Sequence record: MT701590.1
From: Klebsiella phage Miami
Strand: one strand, 5' to 3'
DNA: 64,000 nt
The position numbers were made by a program, and so were the translations under genes. The notes under the pieces were generated by a model. It was not told the DNA's origin, ran no database searches, and was given only the letters and a program-made list of their open reading frames with translations. Shown in pieces: positions 1 to 8,895 of the stretch; positions within the stretch are counted from its first letter, which is position 1, and the number at the start of each line of letters is the position of its first letter.

Positions 1-47
1 GGTCAACTCACCCGAAACATGGGATGAAAATCAAAGGAGGGTTCAAC

Positions 48-314
48 ATGGATGATCTGATGAATTATCTTTGGGTTTTCCTGGCCATATTGGGGATAAA
101 GTTCATCTTCGCTATTCATAAGGATAGCAAAGAAATGGGATACAGCCCCATCCCAAAAGTGGAATGGCGAGGGGGAGCGTTCTCTGCAGGGCCGGTGGTT
201 TATTTTCTTTTCGGGTGTGCGATAGGGAATTACCAAAACATTTATTTATGTTTGGGTGTTCTAGCATTAATTATCGTTATTCTCAAATGCGATTTCTTTG
301 TAAGAGAAGAGTAA
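48..314 (+). CDS. small membrane protein (hydrophobic, about 2 TM)
   Basis: AGGAGG RBS 6 nt upstream of the ATG at 48; hydrophobic segments LWVFLAILGIKFIFAI and VVYFLFGCAIG; the ORF track starts at 24 but 48 has the better RBS. Confidence 0.4.
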   Translation: MDDLMNYLWVFLAILGIKFIFAIHKDSKEMGYSPIPKVEWRGGAFSAGPVVYFLFGCAIGNYQNIYLCLGVLALIIVILKCDFFVREE

Positions 315-384
315 TCTGAATAGACCTAGTTATAACTAGGTCTATATTACCTTTATGCCGAACTAACATTTAGGAATTAAAATC

Positions 385-972
385 ATGATGAATCAATTGA
401 AGGATTGGATTGACTACACCTCTTACTGGAATACGTATAACCGCGTTCTTCTTCGTAAAGGAGGGATGTACACCGAACAGATCGAACTGGAGCTCACCCC
501 AATTAACGACGAGTGGGACGAAGTTAAACTCTGTAAAATCCGTAAGCATCGTACGAGCATGGGCCCGGGGGATAAAATTAGTCATCATCTCCATCCTGAC
601 ATCTTTGCATTGATGGAAGAGAAGCTAGGATATCATTTAGCCCATTTTATCTTTCACTACGATATCTACACTAAGCTAACCAATTACGATGCGAGAAGAT
701 ACTGGTACTTGCTTGATCGCTATGTCTTTAATGGTGGAGGTGGGATACCTCTGGTGTTGATAGATCCAAGCTTTGATTTGCTGAGAGAGGATTGGGCTAA
801 AGGGACTTCCTCGGCTTACGCCGACGCTAAACAACGCATTATGGATAGATTGAACATAGGGTTGGATCAGGTAAACAATCTGAGTTTTTTCGGGGATTTA
901 AGACGCTTGGACATTCACGATCACACACCATTTAGAGTGGGCGTGGCAACTTGGGTGGGGGATAAACGATGA
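385..972 (+). CDS. hypothetical protein
   Basis: 195-aa ORF preceded by TTTAGGA-N-ATCATG signature; no recognisable motif. Confidence 0.5.
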   Translation: MMNQLKDWIDYTSYWNTYNRVLLRKGGMYTEQIELELTPINDEWDEVKLCKIRKHRTSMGPGDKISHHLHPDIFALMEEKLGYHLAHFIFHYDIYTKLTNYDARRYWYLLDRYVFNGGGGIPLVLIDPSFDLLREDWAKGTSSAYADAKQRIMDRLNIGLDQVNNLSFFGDLRRLDIHDHTPFRVGVATWVGDKR

Positions 973-1388
973 AACTCATTCATGGTAGAACTAGGTCGGT
1001 TATCCTCATAGGGAAATACGCCATAAAGCTCCCCTATTTGAAATCCTGGCCGTATTTCGTTAGAGGGTTACTGGACAACATGTTCGAGAAAAGCTATAAC
1101 CGATTCCCTAGTGAGTCATTGGCCCCTTTATTATTTTCTCTTCCTGGTGGTTTCTTAAACGTATACCCACGTTGTAGTGTAATAACCGATCCCAAAGACC
1201 CGCAACTTTGGAAACTATTCAAAAATCTTTACGAAGAGGATAACGAGTACATTTTAAATATCATAGAAGTCGCCGAGCCTTCCAACTTCGGTTATTATCA
1301 AGGTCGAATAGTAGCGATTGACTATGGCCATGGCCAACAGTACTTTTTGAACAAACGTATCGTCGAAGATGAATTGGGATTATTTTGA
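969..1388 (+). CDS. hypothetical protein with kinase-like N-lobe-type motifs (LIGKYAIKLP, IVAIDYGH)
   Basis: 4-nt ATGA overlap with upstream gene; motif resemblance is weak and the protein is too short for a full kinase. Confidence 0.4.
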   Translation: MKLIHGRTRSVILIGKYAIKLPYLKSWPYFVRGLLDNMFEKSYNRFPSESLAPLLFSLPGGFLNVYPRCSVITDPKDPQLWKLFKNLYEEDNEYILNIIEVAEPSNFGYYQGRIVAIDYGHGQQYFLNKRIVEDELGLF

Positions 1389-1438
1389 ATTTTTATCTAG
1401 TCAAGCGTGGTTTGGGCGGCTAAACCATAAGGAACGGT

Positions 1439-1684
1439 ATGAGAGATAATTTGGTAATATTGGGTAAGGGGTTCTATTTAGTAAGAACCCAGGCCGGTTT
1501 CAGAAAAGCGATTAAACATAGATTCTCTAATTCTCCGGATATCGCTGAAGAACGACCGTCCAATTATCCACGTTCGTACCCGGCCATTGTGTCCATATCG
1601 ACAGAATACAGGGGGTATTGGTATCCTAGTGTAAACTGGATCCCTTTAAACGACTTACTTGGTCAGATAAAGGAAAGTGAATGA
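1439..1684 (+). CDS. hypothetical small protein (RGYWYP motif)
   Basis: 81-aa ORF; shares the RGYWYP motif with 1972..2283. Confidence 0.35.
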   Translation: MRDNLVILGKGFYLVRTQAGFRKAIKHRFSNSPDIAEERPSNYPRSYPAIVSISTEYRGYWYPSVNWIPLNDLLGQIKESE

Positions 1685-1950
1685 AATCGGAAATCATCGT
1701 TACCAGAACGTTCGCTCAGTTAAAAGAACTTCGGATAATGATCAGCCGTAAATTGGTTAAGTCGGCTTCTTTGGTTGAAACTACAGAGGGATGGTCGGTA
1801 GAGTTCAAAACAGAATACGGGGATAGAGTATTCTCTTCGTCAAAGAATGCGTACTATCCAAAGACCTTCAAAGGATTTACAGCACCCATCAAAATGTTGA
1901 GAAAGATGGGATTTGACGAAGTAAAGCTGGTATTTCTAAAGGCCAAATGA
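1681..1950 (+). CDS. hypothetical protein
   Basis: ATGA overlap-coupled 89-aa ORF. Confidence 0.4.
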   Translation: MKSEIIVTRTFAQLKELRIMISRKLVKSASLVETTEGWSVEFKTEYGDRVFSSSKNAYYPKTFKGFTAPIKMLRKMGFDEVKLVFLKAK

Positions 1951-1971
1951 TATTAATTTAGGAGAAATGAA

Positions 1972-2283
1972 ATGAAATTATTTCTGGTTCGTTCGTCCGA
2001 TAATCATGGGAAATACGAAAGATGGTGGGAATTGGTTGTTGCTGCTAAAGATGAGACGGAAGCAAAAGACATAACGTTCCCGCATCCTGATTTCGTTTCT
2101 GGCGCTTCAGTATTTGAACCAGTCCCTACTGGTGATAGTCATGGTTCGCTATCAGGTCTTCCTTATGGAGAAAAAGGCCGTGGGTATTGGTACCCTAACC
2201 GTGATAACCTCCATGTTATCTGTTTGGGCGAAACTCCTCTTACAGAGCCAGGAGCCATATCAGGGTTTTTCTACCACGCGTAA
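1972..2283 (+). CDS. hypothetical small protein (RGYWYP motif paralog)
   Basis: TTTAGGAG RBS; RGYWYP motif shared with 1439..1684. Confidence 0.45.
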   Translation: MKLFLVRSSDNHGKYERWWELVVAAKDETEAKDITFPHPDFVSGASVFEPVPTGDSHGSLSGLPYGEKGRGYWYPNRDNLHVICLGETPLTEPGAISGFFYHA

Positions 2284-2306
2284 CAAGCATCTTTAGGGGA
2301 AATCTC

Positions 2307-2633
2307 ATGAAAGTAACAATCCAAGTGCTGGAAGACAGAGAAGTCGATATTATCGAGGCCTTAGAAAAAAGTTTGTTCATCCCCCATTTCTATTTCGTGC
2401 ATCGGGGGCGGGATAAAGGAGAATTCTTAGGGGAGGATGACGATTCTATTTTGATCATCTCACAGGAGTTGGTTGATTGTTGTCCTGAACTGGTCGTATT
2501 GGAATGCGGGGATTTGGAAAAACTATGTTTCTCCCAACGACGCACCAAAACCGAAAAAGAGGTTATTATCGAATACCTCAAAGCCAATCGAGAAAAGATT
2601 ATCAAAGTCACTGACTTGCCGGGGTACTATTAA
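2307..2633 (+). CDS. hypothetical acidic protein
   Basis: 108-aa ORF, good RBS context. Confidence 0.45.
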   Translation: MKVTIQVLEDREVDIIEALEKSLFIPHFYFVHRGRDKGEFLGEDDDSILIISQELVDCCPELVVLECGDLEKLCFSQRRTKTEKEVIIEYLKANREKIIKVTDLPGYY

Positions 2634-3166
2634 TGACTGCTCGTTGGTTCGCAGGGGATTTCCATTTAGGAGATCCTTCTATTATCAAATACCGTAAACA
2701 GTTTAAAACGGTAAAAGAGCACGATGAATTTATCGCCGATACGATTTTGGTTAAGCCTCGTGATCACGACGTGTTAACCATCGTTGGCGACGGATTCATT
2801 AAACCCGAATCGCTGTTCATCCTGAAGAAATTCCCGTATAAGAAACATCTTATCCCGGGGAATCACTGTATGGAGAAAGGCGTTAAGGTTACCGATCTTG
2901 CTGCTTTCTTCGACGTTGTTACCGGATCGTTTAAATGGAAGAGTGGGTTCTTCGTATCCCATGAACCTCAGCATCCTAATCATCTCCGAGGTCGCATCAA
3001 TATCCATGCTCATTTGCATGATAAAGTGATCGAAGACGAACGTTATATCGGGGTGTCGTTAGAACAAACCGGCTATCGTTTAATCCATCACGATGAGATC
3101 TTATCTGGTTCTTATCGTACTTATCGCAAACCAACCCTTGAAGACCATTTACATTTAGGAGAATAG
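2633..3166 (+). CDS. calcineurin-like metallophosphoesterase
   Basis: MPP motifs GDFHLG, VGDGF, GNHC, INIHAHLH; clear paralog of 17086..17883. Confidence 0.7.
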   Translation: MTARWFAGDFHLGDPSIIKYRKQFKTVKEHDEFIADTILVKPRDHDVLTIVGDGFIKPESLFILKKFPYKKHLIPGNHCMEKGVKVTDLAAFFDVVTGSFKWKSGFFVSHEPQHPNHLRGRINIHAHLHDKVIEDERYIGVSLEQTGYRLIHHDEILSGSYRTYRKPTLEDHLHLGE

Positions 3167-3168
3167 CC

Positions 3169-3465
3169 ATGGCTCGTAAACCTTCTACCGTAGGCGAGAT
3201 TATTAAGAAAGAGTATCTCGAACCGATGAACATGAGTATGATGGAACTCTGCCGTCGGACTCATTCAAGCAATGCCGCTATTTCCCGTCTGCTTAGCGGG
3301 AATACTCGTCTGAGTATTGAGATGGCGTTTAAACTCGCTAAGCTCTTTAACACAACTGAAGAGTTTTGGTTGAATCTTCAACGTCAAGTAGATCTTTACG
3401 AAGCTAAGCGAGATAAAGAGCTTAAGGCGACGTTAAAGAAAATTGTTCCCATTAGTAAGGTGTGA
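3169..3465 (+). CDS. higA: HigA/VapI-family (COG3093) HTH antitoxin-like protein, no HigB partner present
   Basis: EYLEPmnmSmmELcrrthsSnaaISRLLsGntRLSiEMAFKLAKLFnTTeEFWLNLQrqVDLYE matches my recollection of the HigA antidote consensus almost position for position. Confidence 0.75.
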   Translation: MARKPSTVGEIIKKEYLEPMNMSMMELCRRTHSSNAAISRLLSGNTRLSIEMAFKLAKLFNTTEEFWLNLQRQVDLYEAKRDKELKATLKKIVPISKV

Positions 3466-3812
3466 TAATGAGTCCGTTTAATATTTATTTTTCTGCTTCT
3501 CCCCTGGGGTCCGCTATAGGGTTAGCGATCTTGCTAGTCCTTGGGTGGTTTTTTATTTACCGCAGCCCTACAGCGATTAATCAAGTTATCGGTAAACAGA
3601 AACGCGTCTACGTTGTTTTGTTCGTCCTGGTATTTTTTATCGGGAGTTGTTTTAATATAGGTACTCGGCAAGCTGAGCTTAATCGTTCTCAGTTCGACGC
3701 CCAGATGAACACTGAGATCATCAAGAAATCACCTACCTCCACGGAAGTCTTCGATGCCCGTGGTAACTTTAATCAAGCGTTAGATAAAGCAAAAAAGGAA
3801 AATGAACAATGA
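3462..3812 (+). CDS. small 2-TM membrane protein
   Basis: ATGA overlap with higA-like gene; two hydrophobic helices. Confidence 0.5.
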   Translation: MIMSPFNIYFSASPLGSAIGLAILLVLGWFFIYRSPTAINQVIGKQKRVYVVLFVLVFFIGSCFNIGTRQAELNRSQFDAQMNTEIIKKSPTSTEVFDARGNFNQALDKAKKENEQ

Positions 3813-4675
3813 AGAAACTTTTCTCAATTGTGGGATTAGTGATGATTGCAACTTTACTCTCTGGATGCGGTCAAATCGTAGAACCTGGTTTTAAAGCCAA
3901 GTTCCTTTCTTCCAGTGGTTACAGTAACGAGATCAAGGAGCCGGGTAAATATCAAGTTTGGTGGGGCGAGAAGTTGATTAAACTTGATACCTCGACCAAA
4001 GCGATATCCATTCCTCTCACTGTTAAGATGGCGGATGAAATGGATTTATCCTTTAGCGTTAACTTCCGTACCCGAGTCGGGGGTAACGATAAAGTCCTGA
4101 ACGCCATGTTTAACGACATTCGGCCTCAGGATACTGATAAGGGTCTGATCATCTCCTTAGATCAGGTATTCTCGGTTTACGGTAATGACGTAGTGAGTAA
4201 CGTTGCTCGTTCCGTAGTGGGGAAATACAAAGTCAGTGAGGTCTCTAAAAACTACGACACAATCAACGAGCAGCTTCAGGCTAAGTTAATCGAAGCGATG
4301 AAGAACAACCCGCTGGAAGTGTCCAACGTGACCGTCGCTAACATTACCTGGCCTAAAGTCATTACTGACGCCATCGAAAAGCAACAAGAACGTGAACTGG
4401 CAATCAAGACAGAAGAAAACCAGCAAGCTATAGAAATGGTCAAACGCACTAACCAGCTCAAACTCGCCGAAGCTGACCGAGAGATCGAACTCACTCGAGC
4501 GAGAACCCTGCGAGATCAGAACGCCATTACCGCCGATGGATTAAGTGATAAACTCATCGCTTATAAAGCGTTAGAGGTTCAACAATCCATGACAGATAAC
4601 AAGTCGGCGGTGTTTGTCCCTTATGAAGCGTTCAATGCACCCGGATTGTCCAACCGAATCTTTAGTGCCAAATAA
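3809..4675 (+). CDS. SPFH/band-7 (HflK/C-prohibitin-like) lipoprotein
   Basis: Signal peptide plus lipobox LLSGC; band-7-like core followed by EKQQERELAIKTEENQQAIE coiled-coil typical of the SPFH family; ATGA overlap with upstream gene. Confidence 0.5.
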   Translation: MKKLFSIVGLVMIATLLSGCGQIVEPGFKAKFLSSSGYSNEIKEPGKYQVWWGEKLIKLDTSTKAISIPLTVKMADEMDLSFSVNFRTRVGGNDKVLNAMFNDIRPQDTDKGLIISLDQVFSVYGNDVVSNVARSVVGKYKVSEVSKNYDTINEQLQAKLIEAMKNNPLEVSNVTVANITWPKVITDAIEKQQERELAIKTEENQQAIEMVKRTNQLKLAEADREIELTRARTLRDQNAITADGLSDKLIAYKALEVQQSMTDNKSAVFVPYEAFNAPGLSNRIFSAK

Positions 4676-4729
4676 TTAACAATTAATCTGGTTGGATAAG
4701 TCCAACCAGATTACTTTTACTTTAGGAGA

Positions 4730-5323
4730 ATGATGATGATCAACTGCTTAGAACCTAACGAATTCGTTCAGTTTAAAGAACAGTGGGATAAATATCTCGA
4801 GGAGGGTCTTCCCGGACTCGATGAAAGAATGAAGGGTCCGATGCTGATCCTGAACGCAATACCTGGGGTAGCGACCCGCTTTTGTTGTTCCGGTCATACC
4901 TTTGAAGAAAGGTTATCATCCCACCCGACCAAAGCGTATTCTCGAGTGCAGAAAAGGAACTTCATTTTTGTCGTTGAAGAAGGTCATGCCGATATTTTCT
5001 TTGCGTTTGAGATACTCTTCAAATTATTGAACAAAGACGAGTTTAGTTTTTGCCGGCCTTCTTTAGAAACCACTCTGCTCAAGAAAAACTTTGGTGAGTC
5101 GGAAACCTATCCGGTTTGGGTATTCGAAATGAATTGGGTTTACGAACTCACCGAGGAAGAAAAAATAAAGGGAAGGGATAAGACCCAGAAAGAACTTTGG
5201 GAGAAACTCCTCAGAGGACTGTTCATGATCACCGATCCAAAGGAACGCCATAAACACCGGGATATTCTGACCGAACCCTATTTCGACCAACCAGGACTTA
5301 TTAGGAAAACACATAATGTTTGA
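4730..5323 (+). CDS. hypothetical protein, translationally coupled to nadR
   Basis: 197-aa ORF overlapping the nadR start by 8 nt. Confidence 0.5.
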   Translation: MMMINCLEPNEFVQFKEQWDKYLEEGLPGLDERMKGPMLILNAIPGVATRFCCSGHTFEERLSSHPTKAYSRVQKRNFIFVVEEGHADIFFAFEILFKLLNKDEFSFCRPSLETTLLKKNFGESETYPVWVFEMNWVYELTEEEKIKGRDKTQKELWEKLLRGLFMITDPKERHKHRDILTEPYFDQPGLIRKTHNV

Positions 5324-6425
5324 TATCGGCATCGTCGTTGGTAAATTTGCCCCTCTCACCCAGGGGCACATCAACCTCATCACCCAAGCCTCCCTCCAGG
5401 CTAAGAAAGTTATCGTTGTGTTAAGTCATGACAGTCGCTGGTTAGCGCAACAATGTCCTCGTGATCAGAAGGCGTTGACGTTCACTAACCGTCTTCGTTG
5501 GTTACAGCAGCATTACGCCGATTCTGACCACATTGATATTAAATATATCATCGAAGATGACATCCCGGAATTCCCCAACGGATGGAGCGCTTACTGTAAC
5601 CTCCTCAGGAAGATCTACACTGAGGAACAGCACAAGAACTATAAAGGAATCGGATCAGTCGACAACACTCGTCGGATTGCTCAAACCGTGGCCATTTTCA
5701 GTAGTGAAATCGATTACGATAAAGGTTACGAGGAGCATCTTCCTGAAGTCAGTCACGTCGTCGTTGATGCGCATCGTACAGCGGTTCCCATTAGTGCGAC
5801 TAAAATTCGTGAGAATCTTTACGCCAACTGGGAATACCTCCCTTCTATTGTTCGTAAGGACTACACCAAACGGATTGTCATCCTCGGCCAGGAATCTTGC
5901 GGTAAAAGCGTCATGGTCAAGAATCTGGCTAAGATGTTTAATACGTCCTGGGTAGAGGAGTACGGTCGGACGTATTGTGAAACTGAGCTCTGTGGTTCAG
6001 AATCGACACTCCGTAGTGATGATTACCCGATCATCGCTTATCGCCATAAGGAACTGGAAATCCAAGCAATGCGTTCGGCTAACCGCATTTGCATCGTGGA
6101 TACGAACGCATTCATTACCGAGTACTACCATCGGTTGTATGAAGGCAAACCTAATCGTATCGTCTCTGCTATAGCAGCTGAGGAAAACTACGATCTGGTC
6201 ATCGTGCTCGAACCTACGGTGGAATGGGTTGATGACGGCCTTCGTAGTAATCCCGAAAGACAACGGACGACCGAATTATTTAACCTCATGAGTCTGGAGT
6301 TCCCTAACCAGTTCCCGGAAGGAAGAACGTTCCATATTTCTTCCCCTGATTACAAAGTTAGGTTCGACCAGGCTTACGAAATTATCAAAACCTTCACTCA
6401 GCGTGTTAACTCAGGTGAATTTTAA
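5316..6425 (+). CDS. nadR: bifunctional NMN adenylyltransferase / ribosylnicotinamide kinase (NadR catalytic domains, no N-terminal HTH)
   Basis: GKFAPLTQGH (HxGH nucleotidyltransferase motif), RLRWL, ISATKIRENLYANWEYLP, Walker A ILGQESCGKSVMVKNLAKMFNTSW..EYGRTY and DLVIVLEPTVEWVDDGLRS all match my recollection of E. coli NadR. Confidence 0.9.
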   Translation: MFDIGIVVGKFAPLTQGHINLITQASLQAKKVIVVLSHDSRWLAQQCPRDQKALTFTNRLRWLQQHYADSDHIDIKYIIEDDIPEFPNGWSAYCNLLRKIYTEEQHKNYKGIGSVDNTRRIAQTVAIFSSEIDYDKGYEEHLPEVSHVVVDAHRTAVPISATKIRENLYANWEYLPSIVRKDYTKRIVILGQESCGKSVMVKNLAKMFNTSWVEEYGRTYCETELCGSESTLRSDDYPIIAYRHKELEIQAMRSANRICIVDTNAFITEYYHRLYEGKPNRIVSAIAAEENYDLVIVLEPTVEWVDDGLRSNPERQRTTELFNLMSLEFPNQFPEGRTFHISSPDYKVRFDQAYEIIKTFTQRVNSGEF

Positions 6426-7121
6426 ATGAAAGAACTTTTTAGCGTAATCTATACTGATTTCCAGAGCGGATGGAGTCGTAAGGAATGGCTGTGGTTAGTC
6501 GTAGCCGTCTCGGCTGTTGTAGTTGGGAGTATTTCCGCTTCGCCACTGGAATTCTGGGCGGGGATATTCAACGTCGTCTGCGTTATTCTTGTTGCTAAAG
6601 GCCGACTCTCCAATTACTATTGGGGGCTATTAGGGGTGGTTCTCTACGCGATCGTTTCCTACAAGCAACAACTCTACGGCAACATGGCGCTTAACGTCAT
6701 TTACTTCGGATTCCAATTCTGGGGTATTTACGAATGGCGTAAAACACTGCTGAATAAGACTGATGCTGGCGTTGACGTATCCGTTAGGCGATTGTCACTC
6801 CTTCAGTTCCTTCAGATGACGTTCGTTGTTTTGGCAGGGACCTTTGCAGTAAGCTTGTTCCTTCGTCATATCGGGGATAGTTCACCCGTATTAGATGCGT
6901 TTACGATGGTAGCGAGCTTAATCGCTATGGGCTTGATGGTTAAACAGTATTCCGAACAATGGTTACTCTGGATACTGGTCGATATCGCTTCTATTTACAT
7001 GTGGGTCATTCCTGCTTTAGACCAGCCTGGTTCTTGGTCCATGGTAGCAATGTGGACGGTCATCACCGGTAACGCGCTGTACGGCGCTTACATGTGGTTT
7101 GTTGTTAAGATAAATAAATAA
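6426..7121 (+). CDS. pnuC: nicotinamide riboside transporter PnuC
   Basis: Multi-TM 231 aa; LSNYYWGLLG, WGIYEWRK and DAFTMVASLIAMGLMVKQYSEQWLLWILVDIASI match my recollection of E. coli PnuC. Confidence 0.9.
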   Translation: MKELFSVIYTDFQSGWSRKEWLWLVVAVSAVVVGSISASPLEFWAGIFNVVCVILVAKGRLSNYYWGLLGVVLYAIVSYKQQLYGNMALNVIYFGFQFWGIYEWRKTLLNKTDAGVDVSVRRLSLLQFLQMTFVVLAGTFAVSLFLRHIGDSSPVLDAFTMVASLIAMGLMVKQYSEQWLLWILVDIASIYMWVIPALDQPGSWSMVAMWTVITGNALYGAYMWFVVKINK

Positions 7122-7150
7122 ATAATTCCGACAATAGAGGATAAAATATC

Positions 7151-7852
7151 ATGCGTAAGAACTATGACATTAATGCCACTTCAGACGACGTCTTCTTTAA
7201 TCACTCTAAATCATTTAAGCTGGTGAGAAAAGCGATTAAGAAGATCGGTTCAGCAAAATGGGAGGGGGTTTTTAGTGACCCTACCCAAAATGCTGCCCGT
7301 GGGTATGATGAAGAGCGATTTGATAACGTCCTCCGCGCCATGTATTCTGAAGATTTGGCGAGGACCTTGGATTTTGCTATTCATCGCAACGAGATTGCTC
7401 GAATCGATATCGCCATTATGATGATGAAACCTGAAACCAAAATCGATTACCATTTTAGGCACGACATCCCCTATCGTCAATGGGGATTTCTTAGTTTCCG
7501 ATCTGATTTAACAATTACCAGCGCGGATCAGCTCGACAACAATCCCTTTTTCTTCACTACGCTCTTGCGGGAGCTCAAAAGAGCGGGGATTTACGATTAC
7601 AACGTGAACGCGATCAGCGAGCTTTATCAACTTGTACATCTGGCCTCTATCGCGCTGTCGTACACTGGTTTGAGTGGATTGGGGGAATCGGATTCCTACC
7701 AGAACGCAATCGGTGTCGCCATGCAGGTAATTCGTCGTTGGGGCGCGGGAGAGAGTTCTGAAGTTATGAGTGATCTTGATCGAGCCACTCAGATTTGGTC
7801 GCCTTCGGAATCGGACTATGTTAAGTTTTACGAAGAATTGATCATCGGATAA
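7151..7852 (+). CDS. hypothetical protein
   Basis: 233-aa ORF. Confidence 0.5.
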   Translation: MRKNYDINATSDDVFFNHSKSFKLVRKAIKKIGSAKWEGVFSDPTQNAARGYDEERFDNVLRAMYSEDLARTLDFAIHRNEIARIDIAIMMMKPETKIDYHFRHDIPYRQWGFLSFRSDLTITSADQLDNNPFFFTTLLRELKRAGIYDYNVNAISELYQLVHLASIALSYTGLSGLGESDSYQNAIGVAMQVIRRWGAGESSEVMSDLDRATQIWSPSESDYVKFYEELIIG

Positions 7853-7951
7853 CGAAGCGTAATTAAATTTAATAGTATGGTCAGTCGACCTAGGTGAGAG
7901 TGATCTTGTGGGTTACTCTCATTCCTTTCGTAAATATCGGAGAAATAAAAA

Positions 7952-8467
7952 ATGGCTAAAGAAAACGTTGTTCGTATTCCACTGTATAATTTAGGTAATC
8001 TTTCTTGCGTAGGGTATCGAGAAGGGTGCGGGTATAACGTTAAGATTTATTGGGGCGATTATGTGCTGGCCTCTAAACCTAATCTCACTCAAGCGCTCGA
8101 CTTCGCTTATATCGGGGTTCGGCTCTTCTCCCCGATCCACAGTGAATGGTTAACCAACGATCTGCGTTTAGCTATTTGTGAATCGTTGATAAAAGCCCGT
8201 TTATTAATTGATGGCAATCATAGCGTGGAGCGTTCTTCTGTTCTTTCAGAGGGATTCCTTAAGCATTGGAAAACAGGTGAATCGGGGGTAGAGTATTATC
8301 TGGAAGTACGTCTTGCTAGAGACCCGGGTAAAATAGAAGACGACATCGTTCAAGTCACCTTAAAGTACGACAACGATGGGTGCAGCTTCACACATAGCTT
8401 CAAGAAATACGCTTCCGTTTTCAACTATAAAGAACATTTAGGTCTTTTCAAACAAGTTACCCGCTGA
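7952..8467 (+). CDS. hypothetical protein
   Basis: 171-aa ORF followed by a hairpin. Confidence 0.5.
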   Translation: MAKENVVRIPLYNLGNLSCVGYREGCGYNVKIYWGDYVLASKPNLTQALDFAYIGVRLFSPIHSEWLTNDLRLAICESLIKARLLIDGNHSVERSSVLSEGFLKHWKTGESGVEYYLEVRLARDPGKIEDDIVQVTLKYDNDGCSFTHSFKKYASVFNYKEHLGLFKQVTR

Positions 8468-8475
8468 GTCAACCT

Positions 8476-8506
8476 AACTCCTACTCCCGATAAGGGAGTA
8501 GGAGTT
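8476..8506 (+). terminator. hairpin of the TCCTAC family (AACTCCTACTCCC / GGGAGTAGGAGTT), weak T-tract
   Basis: 13-bp stem with 5-nt loop right after the stop of 7952..8467. Confidence 0.4.
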
Positions 8507-8554
8507 ATTACACATGTAAATAAAAACAGACCTTTATTATCTCTATGTGGAATA

Positions 8555-8574
8555 AACCATAATCTTTTTAGGAG
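8555..8574 (+). repeat. 20-nt element AACCATAATCTTTTTAGGAG (copy 1) upstream of a GTG start
   Basis: Identical 20-mer recurs at 30515..30534; both copies precede GTGAAC starts. Confidence 0.5.
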
Positions 8575-8582
8575 CATGTAAC

Positions 8583-8885
8583 GTGAACATCTATTTAGTT
8601 AAACCAATGGAATTTACTGGCGACGAAGATATCAACGGTATGGTCGTTGTAGCACCTGACACCAACACCGCCTTGCTGACCCACCCTCATATCGACGCAG
8701 ACGGCAATACCTTCGAATGGGAAGTCGAAACCAATTCTGAAGCCGGTAACTGGGTGGATGATGAGGGCCGAACTGACATCTTCCACGGTTGCGCTTGGCC
8801 GGCTCCTGATCGTTTACACTGTGTTCTGTTGGGCGTAGCCGCCGACGGGATGGAAGAAGGTATCGTGTTGGTCGATCGTGATTAA
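8583..8885 (+). CDS. small highly acidic protein (GTG start)
   Basis: TAGGAG RBS then GTG; about 25% Asp+Glu. Confidence 0.45.
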   Translation: MNIYLVKPMEFTGDEDINGMVVVAPDTNTALLTHPHIDADGNTFEWEVETNSEAGNWVDDEGRTDIFHGCAWPAPDRLHCVLLGVAADGMEEGIVLVDRD

Positions 8886-8895
8886 GGGGTAACGC

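Noticed and set aside
2633-3166. Looked for a HigB/RelE toxin partner next to the HigA-like gene
   Set aside because: The upstream gene is clearly a metallophosphoesterase and the downstream one a TM protein; no RelE-like small basic ORF on either strand.
5533-6263. Alternative-frame ORFs inside nadR
   Set aside because: nadR reading frame shows motif-level matches throughout; nested ORFs are Ser/Thr/Arg-rich junk.
7853-7951. Possible tRNA in the 99-nt intergenic region with a GAGAGT/ACTCTC hairpin
   Set aside because: Only a single 6-bp stem; no cloverleaf arms and no GTTC T-loop box; no tRNA-like structure found anywhere in the window by eye.
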